Below are positions 29,348-38,900 of a DNA stretch of 64,000 nt, piece by piece. Made by a program: the position numbers and the translations under genes. Location of the stretch: contig JAOTWF010000001.1 of the NCBI GenBank assembly GCA_029863005.1, positions 21,869 through 85,868 of the forward strand, given 5' to 3'. Below the pieces are notes generated by a model, which was not told where the DNA came from, ran no database searches, and was given only the letters and a program-made list of their open reading frames with translations. How positions within the stretch are numbered: position 1 is the first letter of the stretch; each line of letters starts with the position of its first letter. This stretch comes from Gammaproteobacteria bacterium (GTDB taxonomy: Bacteria; Pseudomonadota; Gammaproteobacteria; Acidiferrobacterales; Sulfurifustaceae).

Positions 29348-31387
29348 TTATAAGATTTCCTCGACCACCTTAGCGACATTCTCGCCAGTAAAGCCGAAGT
29401 GCTTGAACAGTGCACCGGCCGGGGCGGATTCGCCGAAACGGTCAAGGCCGATGACCTTGCCGTCCAGGCCAACGTACTTGTACCAGCCGTCAGTAACGCC
29501 GGCCTCGACCGCAATGCGTTTGACGCCTTTGGGGAGGACGGATTCACGGTACGCCGCATCCTGGGCATCGAATACGTCCGTCGAGGGCATCGACACCACG
29601 CGCACCTTCTTGCCCTTGGCACTCAGCAGCTTCTGTGCTTCCACGGCGATGCCGATCTCGGAGCCGGTGGCGATAATGACCGCCTGCGGCTGGCCGCCCT
29701 CGGTCTCGGAAAGGACATAACCGCCGCGGCGAATGGAGGCAATCTGTGCAGCGCTGCGCTTCTGGTGCGGCAGGTTCTGGCGCGAGAATATCAGGCAAGA
29801 CGGTCCCTGTTTGCGCTCGATGGCCTGCTTCCAGGCGACGGCACTTTCCACGGCATCGCACGGACGCCACACCGACATGTTCGGGATCAGCCGCAGTGTG
29901 GCGGTCTGTTCCACCGCCTGGTGGGTCGGGCCGTCTTCGCCAAGGCCAATGGAGTCGTGGGTGTAGACGAAAAGTGTGGGAATTTTCATTAACGCCGCCA
30001 TGCGCAGAGCATTGCGCGCGTACTCGGAGAACATCAGGAAGGTGGCGCCGTAAGGAATGAAACCGCCATGCAGGGCGATGCCGTTCATGATCGCCGACAT
30101 GCCGAACTCGCGCACACCATAATAGATGTAATTGCCGTCGGTGGCAGTCTTGCCGAGGCCTTTCGATCCCTTCCAGATGGTCAGATTGGAACCGGCGAGG
30201 TCCGCGGAACCGCCGAGGAACTCGGGCAGCATCGGGCCGTAGCCGTTCAAGGCATTCTGCGAGGCCTTGCGCGAGGCGATGGTCTCGGCCTTGGCATCGA
30301 CGGATTTGATGAATTCCTCGGCCTTGGCGTTCCAGTCTTTGGGCAGCCCACCCTGCGTGCGCCGCTCGAATTCGGCGGCCAGTTCCGGGTGTGCCTTTTG
30401 GTAGGCGACGAACTTGTCATTCCAGCTTTTTTCTGCGGTCGCGCCCTTGGCCTTGGCATCCCAACCGGCATAAATTTCCTTCGGGATAACGAACGGCTCA
30501 TGGGTCCAGCCGAGGTTTTCGCGCGTGGCCTTCACTTCCTCGGCGCCGAGGGGGGCGCCATGACAGTCGTGGCTGCCGCTGAGATTGGGCGCGCCATAAC
30601 CGATCACGGTCTTGCAGCAAATCATGGACGGCTTGTCCTTGACCGAGCGCGCTTCCTGAATGGCCTTGCGAACGGCTTCCGGATCGTGCCCGTCGACCTT
30701 CGGAATCACGTGCCAGCCGTAGGCCTCGAAACGTTTCGGGGTGTCGTCGGTGAACCATCCTTTCACATGACCGTCGATGGATATACCGTTGTCGTCGTAG
30801 AAGCAGATGAGTTTGCCCAGGCCCAGGGTACCGGCCAGCGAGCAGGCCTCGTGCGAGATGCCTTCCATGAGGCAGCCATCACCGAGAAACACGTAAGTAA
30901 AATGATCGACGATTTGATGATTGTCGCGGTTGAACTGGGCGGCCAACACCTTTTCGGCGATCGCCATGCCCACGGCGTTGCTGATCCCCTGACCCAGCGG
31001 ACCGGTGGTGGTCTCGACACCGGGCGCGTAGCCATACTCGGGATGGCCCGGGGTCTTGGAATGCAGCTGGCGGAAATTCTTGATTTCCTCCATTGGCAAG
31101 TTGTAGCCGGTCAGGTGCAGCAGGCTGTAAAGCAGCATCGAGCCGTGACCGTTGGAGAGCACGAAGCGGTCGCGGTCGGCCCACTTCGGATTGGCCGGGT
31201 TATGTTTAAGAAATTCATTCCACAACACTTCGGCAATGTCGGCCATCCCCATGGGGGCCCCGGGGTGTCCCGAGTTGGCCTTCTGCACCGCGTCCATGGA
31301 AAGCGCACGAATGGCGTTCGCCAGCACACGCCGGCTGCTTAATGCCTTGCCTTCGCCCGCCTTGTGGGTCTGGGTTTCTACGGTCAT
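29348..31387 (-). CDS. tkt: Transketolase
   Basis: [43 protein letters not shown]. Confidence 0.97.
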   Translation of the reverse strand: MTVETQTHKAGEGKALSSRRVLANAIRALSMDAVQKANSGHPGAPMGMADIAEVLWNEFLKHNPANPKWADRDRFVLSNGHGSMLLYSLLHLTGYNLPMEEIKNFRQLHSKTPGHPEYGYAPGVETTTGPLGQGISNAVGMAIAEKVLAAQFNRDNHQIVDHFTYVFLGDGCLMEGISHEACSLAGTLGLGKLICFYDDNGISIDGHVKGWFTDDTPKRFEAYGWHVIPKVDGHDPEAVRKAIQEARSVKDKPSMICCKTVIGYGAPNLSGSHDCHGAPLGAEEVKATRENLGWTHEPFVIPKEIYAGWDAKAKGATAEKSWNDKFVAYQKAHPELAAEFERRTQGGLPKDWNAKAEEFIKSVDAKAETIASRKASQNALNGYGPMLPEFLGGSADLAGSNLTIWKGSKGLGKTATDGNYIYYGVREFGMSAIMNGIALHGGFIPYGATFLMFSEYARNALRMAALMKIPTLFVYTHDSIGLGEDGPTHQAVEQTATLRLIPNMSVWRPCDAVESAVAWKQAIERKQGPSCLIFSRQNLPHQKRSAAQIASIRRGGYVLSETEGGQPQAVIIATGSEIGIAVEAQKLLSAKGKKVRVVSMPSTDVFDAQDAAYRESVLPKGVKRIAVEAGVTDGWYKYVGLDGKVIGLDRFGESAPAGALFKHFGFTGENVAKVVEEIL

Positions 31388-31750
31388 GGATAGATCCTCA
31401 AATACTCGAATTCTTGCCAGCCCGAAACCGGTTCATTATCGTTTCGCGGCCGCGGTGAGCGCCATTTCCGACAACAAAACACCCTGGCACCAATGGGCAG
31501 CATATTCATCGCAGGGAGCGCAAACCGGAAACGCCAGGTAATTCTTATATATTGAAAAGGTTGCCCTTCCTGATTTCCCTCAGCAACCGGGGCCTTGGCA
31601 CAGCTCCTCGAAAAGCAGGCATTTTCGCTCACGCCCGGTTTTTGGGCAATAGCCGATACGGGGACCTGTTCAATTCGTTATCACCCCATAAACAGGATTT
31701 TGTGCTCACCGCCGTAATAGTTGGCCGAAACAGAACCAGAGTGATCTGCT

Positions 31751-32560
31751 TTAAGGTGATTTCCAGTTTTCGTCGATCCAGGTCTTCCATTGCTTAAACA
31801 GTGCGGGCGAAGCCGCCGCGACCACGGACCGGGGTTCGAGACCGTAGGTAAAAATCTTTTCACCGTCGAGCGTGGTCATCATGCCTCCCGCTTCGGACAA
31901 TATCAGGCTGCCGGCGGCGTAATCCCACAGTTTCTGCCCTCCGTGCAGATAAATATGAAAGCGGCCATCTGCCAGCCAGCACCATTCAAGACTGCTGGCA
32001 CCAAAATTGCGCTGCGAGCCGTAAGGGGGAAACGCGCCAAGTTGCGCCGCCAGCGGTGCCTCCAGCCGTTTGAAATCCACTGACGCCACACAGCGTGACA
32101 ACATCTCTGGCAGAGGCGGCTCGTACGCACCCAGGGTCATGTCGTTCAACCTCGCTCCCTGACCACGCTGCGCCATAAAACATTCGTCGCGCACCGGATC
32201 GTAAATCAAGCCGAGCTCTTGGCGGCCATTTATGATGAGTGCCAGCGAAACTGCAAAATACGGGATACCGGTGGCGAAATTGCTGGTGCCATCCAGGGGG
32301 TCCACGCACCACAAACCTTTATCCTGGTCGAGGGTCAGCTGCTCGTGCTCGTGCCCGGGCATTTCTTCGCCGAGGAAATCGTATTCCGGCCAGAAGCGCG
32401 CGAGATCGGTTTTCAGGCGCCGCTGCATGGACACGTCGGCTTCAGTCACCACGCTGCCATCGTGCTTGATATGGCGAATGACGTCCGCGAACAACGGCAT
32501 CAGCTCCTCGCGCGCAGCGGTGCTGACCAACTCGCGCAACTGAGGGAGCGACGGAAGCAT
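31751..32560 (-). CDS. Inositol monophosphatase (FIG superfamily) protein
   Basis: VTEAD, GEE, WCVDPLDGTSNF, LWDYAAG motifs. Confidence 0.92.
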   Translation of the reverse strand: MLPSLPQLRELVSTAAREELMPLFADVIRHIKHDGSVVTEADVSMQRRLKTDLARFWPEYDFLGEEMPGHEHEQLTLDQDKGLWCVDPLDGTSNFATGIPYFAVSLALIINGRQELGLIYDPVRDECFMAQRGQGARLNDMTLGAYEPPLPEMLSRCVASVDFKRLEAPLAAQLGAFPPYGSQRNFGASSLEWCWLADGRFHIYLHGGQKLWDYAAGSLILSEAGGMMTTLDGEKIFTYGLEPRSVVAAASPALFKQWKTWIDENWKSP

Positions 32561-32973
32561 CAGCGAATTATTCCGTCCAGTTTTAGGATTCGCGCCGGGC
32601 CCACGTACACCTGCTTTTGTTCGAGATCGCGCAAGGCATTGAGAAATTCCATTTGTGCCCGGCGCATGATCTCCGCGGCAGCCAACGTGTAATACACCGC
32701 CTCGTAGGAAACCGATTCTTCCAGAGATGCCCGGACTTGCGGCGCGAAAGACTGCCAGGCGAGTTCGATGTTTCGCCGGCCTTCACGGTCCACGAAGATG
32801 AATTCTGCGTCATCCAGAACCGCCAAGACTTGCAAGTTGCGAAGGGGCACGAACAGGCAACCGTGGCTAGCGCGTTTCAACAACACACGCGAGAGATTGT
32901 AGACTTCAGCCGGCAATGTACGCCGTTCGCGTGATATTTCCGTTGGGCGGTAAAAAGTCTCTTCAATGATCAT
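32560..32973 (-). CDS. Hypothetical protein
   Basis: 137 aa; stop overlaps the IMPase ATG (TGATG), indicating a coupled gene; no family recognised. Confidence 0.7.
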   Translation of the reverse strand: MIIEETFYRPTEISRERRTLPAEVYNLSRVLLKRASHGCLFVPLRNLQVLAVLDDAEFIFVDREGRRNIELAWQSFAPQVRASLEESVSYEAVYYTLAAAEIMRRAQMEFLNALRDLEQKQVYVGPARILKLDGIIR

Positions 32974-32988
32974 TCGTTCGCCAGTGCC

Positions 32989-33546
32989 CTATGCCAGCTT
33001 CCACTTGATCGAGCAGCCTATGCTCGGGATCTGGTCCTTCGGCCCCTGGCCGGTTTGCGCCACCTGTTTCATGGCCTCGAACAGATCGCGCCGGGCGTTG
33101 GGGGCTGCCGGCTGCTTGCCCGACTCATCCAGGCGCCCGCGATACTGGAGCTTAAGATCCTTGTTGTAGCCGAAAAAATCCGGCGTGCACACCGCGCCAT
33201 AGGCCTTGGCCACCTCCTGGGTTTCATCAAACAGATAGGGGAACGGGAAATTATGTTCCAGCGCCACGCGCTTCATGTTATCGAACGAGTCTTCCGGGTA
33301 ATCCGCCGGATCGTTCGACATGATCGCCACGGCATGCATGCCGTGCCCCTTGAGTTCCTTCACATCGCGGATAATTCGATCACGCACCGCCTTGACGTAG
33401 GGGCAATGGTTGCAAATGAACATCACGAGCAGGCCATTGTTGCCACGGGCCTCCTTCAAGGTCCAGGTCTTTCCGTCAACGCCTTGCAGGCGGAAATCGG
33501 GGGCCGGAAGGCCGAAATCACATATCGGGGTTTCCGTGCTTACCAT
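32989..33546 (-). CDS. Thioredoxin-fold (AhpC/TSA-like) protein, 185 aa
   Basis: FICNHCPYV, AVCTPDFF, YRGRLD, PSIGCSIKW; GGAGAG RBS. Confidence 0.9.
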   Translation of the reverse strand: MVSTETPICDFGLPAPDFRLQGVDGKTWTLKEARGNNGLLVMFICNHCPYVKAVRDRIIRDVKELKGHGMHAVAIMSNDPADYPEDSFDNMKRVALEHNFPFPYLFDETQEVAKAYGAVCTPDFFGYNKDLKLQYRGRLDESGKQPAAPNARRDLFEAMKQVAQTGQGPKDQIPSIGCSIKWKLA

Positions 33547-33609
33547 TGTCGTCTCTCCAAAAAGCTTCGTTAACACCGGGCAACACGCCCTGTATGATTT
33601 GGGCAGTCT

Positions 33610-34956
33610 ATGGATAACGACACCCTGACGCAACGTGACCTGAAGGTGCTATGGCATCCGTGCACCCAGATGCGCGACCATGAAAATCTCCCGCTTATCC
33701 CGATTCGTCGCGGACAAGGTGTATGGCTCGAAGACTTCGAGGGCAAACGCTACCTCGACGCCATCAGTTCATGGTGGGTGAACCTGTTCGGTCACGCCAA
33801 CCCGCGCATCAATGCCGCCATCGAAGACCAATTGCGTAATCTCGAGCACATGATCCTCGCTGGCTTCACGCACGAGCCGGTCATTCGGCTTTCCGAGCGG
33901 CTAATCGGAATCGCTCCTCAGGGACTTGCGCATTGCTTCTACGCCTCGGACGGCTCTGCGGCGCTCGAAATTGCTCTCAAAATGAGCTTTCACTACTGGC
34001 AGAACTGTGGCGAGAATAAACGCAAGCGTTTCATCAGTCTCGCCAACAGTTATCACGGTGAAACCCTCGGGGCGCTCTCCGTGGGCGACGTGGCCTTATA
34101 TAAGGAAACCTACCGGCCCTTGCTGTTCGAAGCGATCACGGTCAAATCCCCGGATTGTTATTTCCGCGAGTCCGGGGAATCCTGGGAGAATTACTCCACC
34201 CGCGCTTTCGCCGAGATGGAGCAGGCGCTGGAACGCCATGCCGATGAAACCTGTGCAGTGGTGGTGGAGCCGCTGGTTCAATGCGCTGGCTCCATGCGCA
34301 TGTACGATCCAGTTTATTTAAAGCTGCTGCGGCAGGCGTGCGATAAACATCGAGTGCATCTCATCGCTGATGAGATTGCGGTCGGCTTCGGCCGCACCGG
34401 CACAATGTTCGCCTGCGAGCAGGCAAGCGTCTCTCCTGATTTTCTCTGTCTCGGCAAAGGCCTGACAGGGGGATATCTGCCACTTTCCGTGTGCCTGAGT
34501 CGAGAAGAGATTTATCAGGCGTTCTACGCCGACTATACCGCGCGCAAGGCCTTTCTTCATTCGCACTCCTACACCGGCAACCCGCTTTCCTGTCGCGCGG
34601 CCTTGGCCACGCTCGACATATTCGACGACGACGATGTGATCGAGCGAAACAAGGACCTAGCGGTGCGCCTGGCGCAGGCGGCTGCGCCGCTCGCGGAACA
34701 TCCGCACGTGGCCGAGGTGCGCCAGACCGGCATGATCCTGGCCATTGAAATGGTGAAGGATAAAACAACACGTGAGCCCTTTCCCTGGCAGGAACGGCGC
34801 GGGTTGGAGGTTTATCGTTACGCACTGGATCAAGGCCTGCTGCTGCGGCCGGTTGGCGACGTGATCTATTTCATGCCACCGTACGTGATCACACCGGAAG
34901 AAATCGACTGGCTCACGAAAGTGGCGCGGGAGGGAATCGAGCGCGCCGGCACTTGA
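33610..34956 (+). CDS. bioA: Adenosylmethionine-8-amino-7-oxononanoate aminotransferase
   Basis: WHPCTQM, DAISSWWVN, YHGETLGA, DEIAVGFGRTG, LGKGLTGG, HSHSYTGNP. Confidence 0.95.
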   Translation: MDNDTLTQRDLKVLWHPCTQMRDHENLPLIPIRRGQGVWLEDFEGKRYLDAISSWWVNLFGHANPRINAAIEDQLRNLEHMILAGFTHEPVIRLSERLIGIAPQGLAHCFYASDGSAALEIALKMSFHYWQNCGENKRKRFISLANSYHGETLGALSVGDVALYKETYRPLLFEAITVKSPDCYFRESGESWENYSTRAFAEMEQALERHADETCAVVVEPLVQCAGSMRMYDPVYLKLLRQACDKHRVHLIADEIAVGFGRTGTMFACEQASVSPDFLCLGKGLTGGYLPLSVCLSREEIYQAFYADYTARKAFLHSHSYTGNPLSCRAALATLDIFDDDDVIERNKDLAVRLAQAAAPLAEHPHVAEVRQTGMILAIEMVKDKTTREPFPWQERRGLEVYRYALDQGLLLRPVGDVIYFMPPYVITPEEIDWLTKVAREGIERAGT

Positions 34957-34959
34957 GCT

Positions 34960-35421
34960 TCAAGCCGGGTAAAACGCCTTTTTCAACGCCTCGAAGTCGG
35001 GAATCAGCATCAGCCGTCCGTCCACCTTGAGGCCCGCGGCGATGTAAGGCGAATCTAACAACTCGGAACTCTTCGCCACTGGCTGGCTGCCATCCAGCAC
35101 TTGTGGTCGCGGTTCTGCAGTAGCGAACATGGCAACAAACTCCCAGTCTTTGCGTCCGCTCAGGGGATAGAAGATGACGATCTTGGCCGCGTCAATTCGG
35201 GTCATCGCTGGCGCGCCAAACAACGTTTCTATCGAAATTACCGGGACGGCGAGCGTGCGCCAGCCGATGGCGCCATGAAGCCACGGCTCGCCGAAGGGAA
35301 CCGGTGCCAACTTCTGCATATTGATGACCTCCGCCACCGAGGCGCTCGGGACGAGCAGCGTGCACCCATCCAGTGGAACTTCCAGTGAATGCAGGCGCGG
35401 ACCGCTGCGCTGCTTTTTCAT
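34960..35421 (-). CDS. CheW-like protein (ChpC-like), 153 aa
   Basis: LLVPSASVAEV, GAIGWRTLAVPVIS; ATG overlaps the upstream stop; end of the chp cluster. Confidence 0.75.
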   Translation of the reverse strand: MKKQRSGPRLHSLEVPLDGCTLLVPSASVAEVINMQKLAPVPFGEPWLHGAIGWRTLAVPVISIETLFGAPAMTRIDAAKIVIFYPLSGRKDWEFVAMFATAEPRPQVLDGSQPVAKSSELLDSPYIAAGLKVDGRLMLIPDFEALKKAFYPA

Positions 35422-35864
35422 CACGCGTCTCCCAGGCTCTGAAGATAAGCGACGATTGCCTTCGGATTGAAAACGAGCATGAGGTGGTTTCCCGTCACCC
35501 AGGCACCGGAGAACAAGTGACCCTGGCGCGTGGGTGGATGCCCGAGGGGGCTGAAGGACGTGATGATGGTGTCCGCACGTGGCAGCAACTGAACCTCGTC
35601 TACCGCCAGCCCGACGGCGTGCGGGATTGCCTCCAGGAACACCGCACGATGCCAGTTGCGATGACGCGTGACGCGCAACATCGCGTCCAGGCAATATGCC
35701 GGAACCCGTGTCGATCGCAATGATTGCCAGGCGGCGACATTGCCTTCGGGGGATTTATTGGTGATCAGGTTTTCACGCTGCTCGATGGTGTAGCCCGAGC
35801 CGCCGGGCAGTAAGTAACTTACCCCTCCCAGTTGCAGCCGCAGATACTGATTCGCCTCGGCCAT
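35421..35864 (-). CDS. Divergent CheW-like protein
   Basis: 147 aa directly after chpA; CheW-like pattern (YLLP..., GLAVDEVQLL, LMLVFNP). Confidence 0.6.
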   Translation of the reverse strand: MAEANQYLRLQLGGVSYLLPGGSGYTIEQRENLITNKSPEGNVAAWQSLRSTRVPAYCLDAMLRVTRHRNWHRAVFLEAIPHAVGLAVDEVQLLPRADTIITSFSPLGHPPTRQGHLFSGAWVTGNHLMLVFNPKAIVAYLQSLGDA

Positions 35865-35901
35865 TTCTGTCAGTCTGCCACGCCGGTTCCATCCCGAAAG
35901 C

Positions 35902-38900
35902 TCACTTCGTCCTGCCCTGTGCGATCAGCGTGTCAATATTCTTGAACAGATCCTCTTCCTGATAGGGCTTACTCATGTAAATGTCCACACCGAGTTCGAA
36001 GGCCTTCTGACGATGCTTGGCACCGGCGCGTGATGTAATGATGATGATGGGAATGTGCTTGAGGTTTTCGTCGGATCGCACGCGGGTGGTGAGTTCATAC
36101 CCGTCCATGCGCGGCATTTCAATGTCGACCAACATCACGTCGGGCAGGTGATCGCGCAACTGTTCGACGGCATCAAGCCCGTCCTTGGCGACCAGCACGT
36201 CCATGCCACGTTTCTGCAGGTGCTTGCTCGTGACTTTGCGCACCGTGAGCGAGTCGTCCACCACCATGACGACCGGCCGCGCGCGCACTTCTTGCGCTAT
36301 TTTTCCTTCGGGGCGATGCTCGAAATGCATGACATCTTCGCGGAACCACAAACCCGGGATGTCGAGAATTAGTATTACGCGCCCGTCGCCGAGGATGGTG
36401 GCGCCGGCGAGCCCCTTGAGCTCGGAAAGCTGGGGACCGAGCGATTTGATCACGACTTCGCGCGTGCCGCCCAGTCCATCGACCTGGATCGCGACCTCGC
36501 GTGTTCCGGTGCGTGCCAACAGCACCGGTACTTTCTTGCCATTGCGTGGCTGCGAAGTAATTCCCAGTCGCTGTCCCAGATGCATGTATGGATACACCGT
36601 CTCGTCGTGGGTCAGCAGCGGATTCTTGCCCATTGAAATGGACGCGATCTTTTCGATCGGGAACTCGATAATGTTCACTACCGAACCCAGCGGCAAGGCG
36701 AAGAGCTGGTCACCGACGTACACCATCAGTGACTGGGCGATGGACAACGTCAGTGGCAAGCGGATGATGAAGGTCGTGCCCACGCCCGGCTCGGTGTCCA
36801 CCGACATGCTGCCGCCCAATTGCTTCACCTCGCTGTGCACCACGTCCATGCCCACGCCACGGCCGGACAGGTGTGTAATCTTGTCGGATGTGGAGAAACC
36901 GGACATCAGAATGAATTGGATCAGCTCCTCCTCCGTCAGAACGGCATCCGGGGACATCAGTCCGCGCTCAATCGCCTTTTCGCGGATTCCCGCGATGTTG
37001 AGACCGGCGCCATCGTCGGAGAAACGAATGATGACTTCCGCGCCCTCCTGCGAGGACACGATGTTGATGCGTCCGACCGCCGGCTTTCCTTTTCGGTGAC
37101 GCTCGGATTCGGATTCGATTCCGTGGTCGATGCTGTTTCGAATCATGTGCTCGAACGGCCCGATCATGCGCTCCAGCACGTTGCGGTCGAGTTCTACCTC
37201 GGCATTCTCCAGGTGGAGTTCCACACGCTTGCCCAGCTCGCGCGAGGTCTGTCGAATGATATGACGCAGTCGCGCGGCCTGCGTCGAAAAGCTCACCATG
37301 CGCGTACGCATGAGTCCTTCCTGCAGCTCGGTATTGATGCGCGCCTGCTGTTGCAGCACGGTCTCTGCCTCGCCGACAAAATTACCGAGGTTGTTCTGGA
37401 TGGTGCCGAGGTCGTGCAGGCTTTCCGCCAGAGAACGTGACAATTGCTGCAGCCGACTGAAGCGGTCAAACTCCAGCGGATCGAAATCGCCCGTGCGCCC
37501 TTCGATGCCCGCCTCCTGCTCCAAACGGTAAAGAATCTGCGACTCGGACTGTATCTCCAGTTCGCGGATTTGCTCCCGGAAACGCACGATGTTGCGTGAT
37601 AGTTCACCCATGTTGTCGCGGAAGCTGAATATCTGCTGTTCCATGCGTGAGCGTGAGATGCTCACCTCGCCCGCGTAGTTGACAAGATCGTTCAACAGGC
37701 TAGTGTTGACACGCACTTGGCCGCGCCGCTCCATCTTATCCGGCCAGGTCTTCTCTACGATTTCGGGCAGATCGCGCCGTTCTTCGATAATCTCCTTGGC
37801 GGCCCGTGGTGCAGCGGGCGACGCGGTCTCGGCTTCATGCGTGACGGCTTCGGGTTCCAGCTCCGGTTCTGCGATAAATTGTTCGGCGGGTTCGCTTGTC
37901 GGCACTTCCGGGGCGTTCTTGGCTATGGATTTATCATCCGGCAGATCCTCACTGACAGACAATGCCAACAGGTTGGCATTCAACTCGCTGGTATCGGGGA
38001 TGGGCCGGCTTTCGCGCGCGCTCTCCAGCATCACCACCAGCATGTCTTGGGCCTCGTGCAGGAGATCGAACACATGGTTGTCCACCTGCACTTTATTGTC
38101 TTCAATGTTCTTCAGTAGCGTTTCGGTGTTGTGACTGAGGTTGCCCATGGCCATGGCGCCAGCCATGCGTGCCCCGCCCTTGAGCGTATGCAGCGAGCGC
38201 TTGAGTTCGGCCACATGTCCCCGGTGATCTTCTGGGCGATTACGCCAGCGAGTCAGGGTCTCTTCGAGCGATGTCAGGATATCGCTGGCCTCTTCCTGGA
38301 AGATTTCCAAAAGCTCCGGATCGAGCTGTTCGGGCTCAGGCGGTTCCGCGGCTATGGGTGGCGGGGCCTGCGTTGCCGTGGGACGAGAAAGTTTCGTTGG
38401 CGGCGGCGCGGAGAGCGTCTCATCAATTTCCGGCTCTGGTGCGACGTCTTCCTCGATTTCCATTGCAGGCGCTGCCAGCGTTTCCGGAGCGACATGATGT
38501 TCATGTTCCGTCTTGGCGATGTGCTGTGTTTCCGTGTGCAGGTCACGCGCGAGATCGGCGAACTCCTGCCGCAAAGAACCGGAAGAAGTGGCACTGCTGT
38601 TCATCAGTTCCACTAGCCGGGTGACGGCGGACTCGAACCGGCTTGCCAACCTCAAATAAGTTTCATTCAGGGGCAGATTCGCGCTTTTGAGCGCATGCAA
38701 CAGTTTTTCGATTTCCGCACAAGCCTGCGACATGACCTGTAAACCCAGCGAGCGGGCATTGCCCTGAAGGGTGTGCACGGAACGGAAAAACGGTTCGGAG
38801 ACAAAACACGCGCTACCGGACTCACGACAGTTCTGGATTTGCCGGCGTATATTCTCGAGATTGTCGAGAGCTTCCGTGGTAAAAATCTCCAACAACGCGC

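Noticed and set aside
31388-31750. ncRNA or small ORFs in the long spacer upstream of tkt
   Set aside because: Short ORFs lack RBS and motifs, and no recognisable structure was seen; treated as promoter region.
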